Source: an uncultured delta proteobacterium
Lineage (GTDB): Bacteria; Desulfobacterota; Binatia; UBA9968
Direction of reading: 5' to 3'
NCBI GenBank assembly: GCA_963737905.1
Contig: CAVTUQ010000028.1
Coordinates: forward strand, 1 to 64,000
Length of the DNA: 64,000 bases
Below, piece after piece: positions 61,306-64,000 of the stretch; positions within the stretch are counted from its first letter, which is position 1; every line of letters starts with the position of its first letter. The notes under the pieces are model-generated. The model was not told the origin of the DNA, ran no database searches, and worked only from the letters and a program-made list of their open reading frames with translations. The position numbers were made by a program, and so were the translations under genes.

Positions 61306-62400
61306 TTAAAGGGAAGGCGCCAGTTGATTGCCAAGCTCCCTTTCGCAGGTTGGCGCGAAGCCGAAGACCTGCTGCCATACTTCTTTGGATTCCATGCAGA
61401 GATAGACTTTGACCGTGGGTGCGGCTCGGCGGATCCAGCGAAGCATCTTGCGGTAGATGTCAACGCGCATGGGTTGAAAATAACGCAGCTTCCCATCCGG
61501 GCAAAGCACTTGCTCGCCCGTCAGAAGCCGCGTCCCGGGAAAGCGATCCCTGATTATCCGTTTCAAGTTCGGTGTACTCCGCAGGACGCCCATACTCAAC
61601 CAAGCAATTTTGCGCCAATCGACACTGCTAAAAGTCTGGTTGAGCGTCTCTTCATAATCCCTCTCCCAATTCGGGTATTCGACTATCGGATCAAAGTGAA
61701 AACCCAATCGATAACCGGCATTCTGGCAGCGACGAGCGGCCAGTAAACGCTCGCTCAGAGAGGCGGTTCCATGTTCATCCCGATCGATGACCCGCTGTGG
61801 ATTCATCGACCATGACACCACCACCCGATCCTTGGGATCTAAAACGAGTAACCCTTCGACGCAGTCGCTTTTTGTCTTGAGTTCGAGGATCACGTTGGGC
61901 TGCTCGGCGAAGAAGGGAACGACTTCACGGGCAAAACCAATGTAGGGATCCAGTGCGAGACTATCCGTGATCTCCCCCGTGCCGATCCGGAAAAAAAATC
62001 GCCGATGCTTGCTCAAGAGTTCATCGGCCTCAGTCACGAGGTCGCCGACATTGCTAAAAACCTTGAGCGCAGGATTTTGGGCGAGGTATTCCTGCAAATA
62101 ACAGTAGCTGCAGTCCATGGGGCAATTGCTAGCGAAGTTGATAACGAAATAATTGCAGCAAACCTGCCCGTCGCTGCCGGGACATTTCTTGAGGAATTCT
62201 CCTTTGTGTCGCGTCAGAAAAAGTGTCTTTTTAGCCGCACCAAAAGTAAGCGCAGAGGAATCTGTCCTCCCGTTTTCAGTTGACACCGCATCCGCGATTC
62301 TAAAAGGAATATGCGGCAACGCGTTGCGCAAGTTCCGGTAGATCGGACTCGCTTCGGAGCCCCGCTCGACGATGACCTCTTGAGGTTGAAAGAGTTGCAT
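61306..62400 (-). CDS. Spore photoproduct lyase-like radical SAM protein
   Basis: CPMDCSYCYLQ (CxxxCxxC), RIGTGEITDSL, ELKTKS, SWSMNP, GFHFDPI, YLCME. Confidence 0.85.
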   Translation of the reverse strand: MQLFQPQEVIVERGSEASPIYRNLRNALPHIPFRIADAVSTENGRTDSSALTFGAAKKTLFLTRHKGEFLKKCPGSDGQVCCNYFVINFASNCPMDCSYCYLQEYLAQNPALKVFSNVGDLVTEADELLSKHRRFFFRIGTGEITDSLALDPYIGFAREVVPFFAEQPNVILELKTKSDCVEGLLVLDPKDRVVVSWSMNPQRVIDRDEHGTASLSERLLAARRCQNAGYRLGFHFDPIVEYPNWERDYEETLNQTFSSVDWRKIAWLSMGVLRSTPNLKRIIRDRFPGTRLLTGEQVLCPDGKLRYFQPMRVDIYRKMLRWIRRAAPTVKVYLCMESKEVWQQVFGFAPTCERELGNQLAPSL

Positions 62401-62421
62401 CTCGGCTACTGGAAACCTGAT

Positions 62422-62976
62422 CTACCCTTGTGGTCGACTCTCCCCTGCCTCGCCCGTCAGGAGGGCAAAGATCTCCCGCACGCTGTATTTATCCAAGGCT
62501 TCGGCAAGTTTGACGGCCAACCCTTTAAGTTCCTCGGCGCTCGAGGCGCTCAATTCTACCGAGAGCTTTCCTCCTTCCAACCCTGGAGGCACGGTAAGGC
62601 GGATCTGAGGGTGAAGTTTCAGTTCTTGAATTCGCAGCCGGATGGAATCCTCAGTCTGAGCCAGTCGAGGGAAGCGCAGCCTTCTTAACTCTTCCTTTAC
62701 TCGTTTAAGCTTGTCGGCTCGCCCCAATCGGGGATCGGATTCGATGTCGGTGATCGACCTCCGTGCTAGGATTTCCCCGATCGTTAATTGATCGCGCAGT
62801 GCGATCTCCTCGAGCCAGTCCATGAGATCGCGTAGATGGTTCTCTCCGACCTTGAGACCCACGGCGAGTCGTAGTAAGGCGTCTCTAGCCGGCTGATCCC
62901 AACCCAACCACCGCTGCAGCGTTTGCGGATGGAATCCCTTGCCCTTCGCATATTGGTGAATCTCGGTCTCCGACAT
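62422..62976 (-). CDS. Hypothetical helical protein
   Basis: 184-aa ORF with AGGAG RBS, in operon before the SPL-like gene. Confidence 0.75.
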   Translation of the reverse strand: MSETEIHQYAKGKGFHPQTLQRWLGWDQPARDALLRLAVGLKVGENHLRDLMDWLEEIALRDQLTIGEILARRSITDIESDPRLGRADKLKRVKEELRRLRFPRLAQTEDSIRLRIQELKLHPQIRLTVPPGLEGGKLSVELSASSAEELKGLAVKLAEALDKYSVREIFALLTGEAGESRPQG

Positions 62977-63808
62977 TTAGCCGCTCCTGGAGTAAGTCCG
63001 ACAGAATCGCCTCGTAGCTATTGGCTTCATGCTCTTTTCCTCTTTTTCTCGCGCCTTGGCACAGAACGAAAATTTTACGCTTCAATACCTCCAGCACCCA
63101 CTGTCGTTTTTCGCCGCTAAGTCCATTGGCCAAAAGGTTCCGCAAAGATTGTACCCGATAGCGATCCATTCCCCAGATGGAATGGGACAACTGGTCACTG
63201 TGGCCTCCTCGCTTGACAACCAGGGGCAGAGGGATCAATGGGACCAAGTGGTCGATCCCGATTCGCAGCCAGAGATCGTAGTCTTCACACACCGGGAAAT
63301 TTTCGTCGAACCCACCCAGTCGACTCAACAGTTCCTTCGTCATCATGACTGCGGACGGACTCACCAAGCAGAGATCGAGACTCCGCCGGAAAATATCGCC
63401 GGAAGGCTTCGCGTGTTTGCTCTTGGGATTCACCCTCACCCCGCGGCGAACCCAGATCTCCTCGGTCTGGCAGACTTGAACTTCATTGTGTTGCTCCATG
63501 AACCCCGTCTGGATTTCAAGTTTTTTGGCCAGCCAAAGGTCGTCCGAGTCCAAAAACGCTACATACCGTCCCGTTGCCATACCGAAACCATTATTGCGCG
63601 CGGCCGCCACGCCGCTTCTTTGCTGTACGACAAGTCGGATACTGGAACCGTACTGCGCCAAATGCTCAGCGGTCCCGTCGTTCGAGCCGTCATCGACGAC
63701 AATAAGCTCCCAAGCGTTATAGCTCTGCGCCAGCACCGATTCGATGGCCTGTCCGACCATGGGCCAGCGATTATAGGTGGGAATAATGACGCTTACGACC
63801 GGGAACAC
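62885..63808 (-). CDS. GT2-family glycosyltransferase
   Basis: VSVIIPTYNR, VVDDGSND, GVAAARN, FLDSDD, CEDYDLWLR. Confidence 0.93.
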   Translation of the reverse strand: MFPVVSVIIPTYNRWPMVGQAIESVLAQSYNAWELIVVDDGSNDGTAEHLAQYGSSIRLVVQQRSGVAAARNNGFGMATGRYVAFLDSDDLWLAKKLEIQTGFMEQHNEVQVCQTEEIWVRRGVRVNPKSKHAKPSGDIFRRSLDLCLVSPSAVMMTKELLSRLGGFDENFPVCEDYDLWLRIGIDHLVPLIPLPLVVKRGGHSDQLSHSIWGMDRYRVQSLRNLLANGLSGEKRQWVLEVLKRKIFVLCQGARKRGKEHEANSYEAILSDLLQERLNVGDRDSPICEGQGIPSANAAAVVGLGSAG

Positions 63809-63844
63809 GACGCTTCTCGAAGTAGTATCGTTTTGGCGAGCTTG

Positions 63845-64000
63845 TTAAATGAAACTTTCTATCTTCTTGAAAAACTGATCCAGCATCATCCTAGCTACGC
63901 CGTTCAGCATTCGCTGCCCGATACTGGCTATCAATCCCCCTACCTTCGCATCCGTGCTGTATTTGAGCACCGTCTGCCCGTCATTCTCCTCCAGGTCTAT
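63845..64000 (-). CDS. CoxG/SRPBCC-family protein, partial (C-terminus only)
   Basis: Manual translation IDLEENDGQTVLKYSTDAKVGGLIASIGQRMLNGVARMMLDQFFKKIESFI*. Confidence 0.75.
   Translation of the reverse strand: MDLEENDGQTVLKYSTDAKVGGLIASIGQRMLNGVARMMLDQFFKKIESFI

Noticed and set aside
1-64000. CRISPR array, tRNA or rRNA genes
   Set aside because: No regularly spaced direct repeats, cloverleaf or rRNA-like sequence noticed by eye.

Overview
Bacterial chromosome segment, probably Deltaproteobacteria/Binatota-like (inferred from gene content and repeat style only). About 448-56610 is one large surface-polysaccharide locus, almost entirely on the minus strand. It combines PEP-CTERM/XrtA-type EPS export and regulation genes (OM beta-barrel, Wza, Wzz/Wzc halves, ExeA-like ATPase, priming glycosyltransferase, deacetylase, PrsR-like and a second sigma54 regulator) with about 37 kb of biosynthetic genes: about 10 glycosyltransferases, two Wzm/Wzt ABC exporters, nucleotide-sugar enzymes and several unusual tailoring enzymes. 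Housekeeping genes follow (secA, murI, SPL-like radical SAM, GT2, partial coxG). Highlights: (1) a decayed IS110/IS1111 element inserted in a palindromic repeat, whose 3' region folds into a bridge/seek-RNA-like structure with loop segments matching both sides of its own target site; (2) an oxalyl-CoA-ligase-like adenylation-carrier protein-Cys-thioesterase gene between wzm and wzt, split at a slippery C7T8 tract; (3) a SecA with a ~280-aa helical insertion; (4) a CMAH-like metallo-beta-lactamase protein. Several genes are decaying (pqqD, carbamoyltransferase, rfbB). All assignments come from motif reading; no searches were run.
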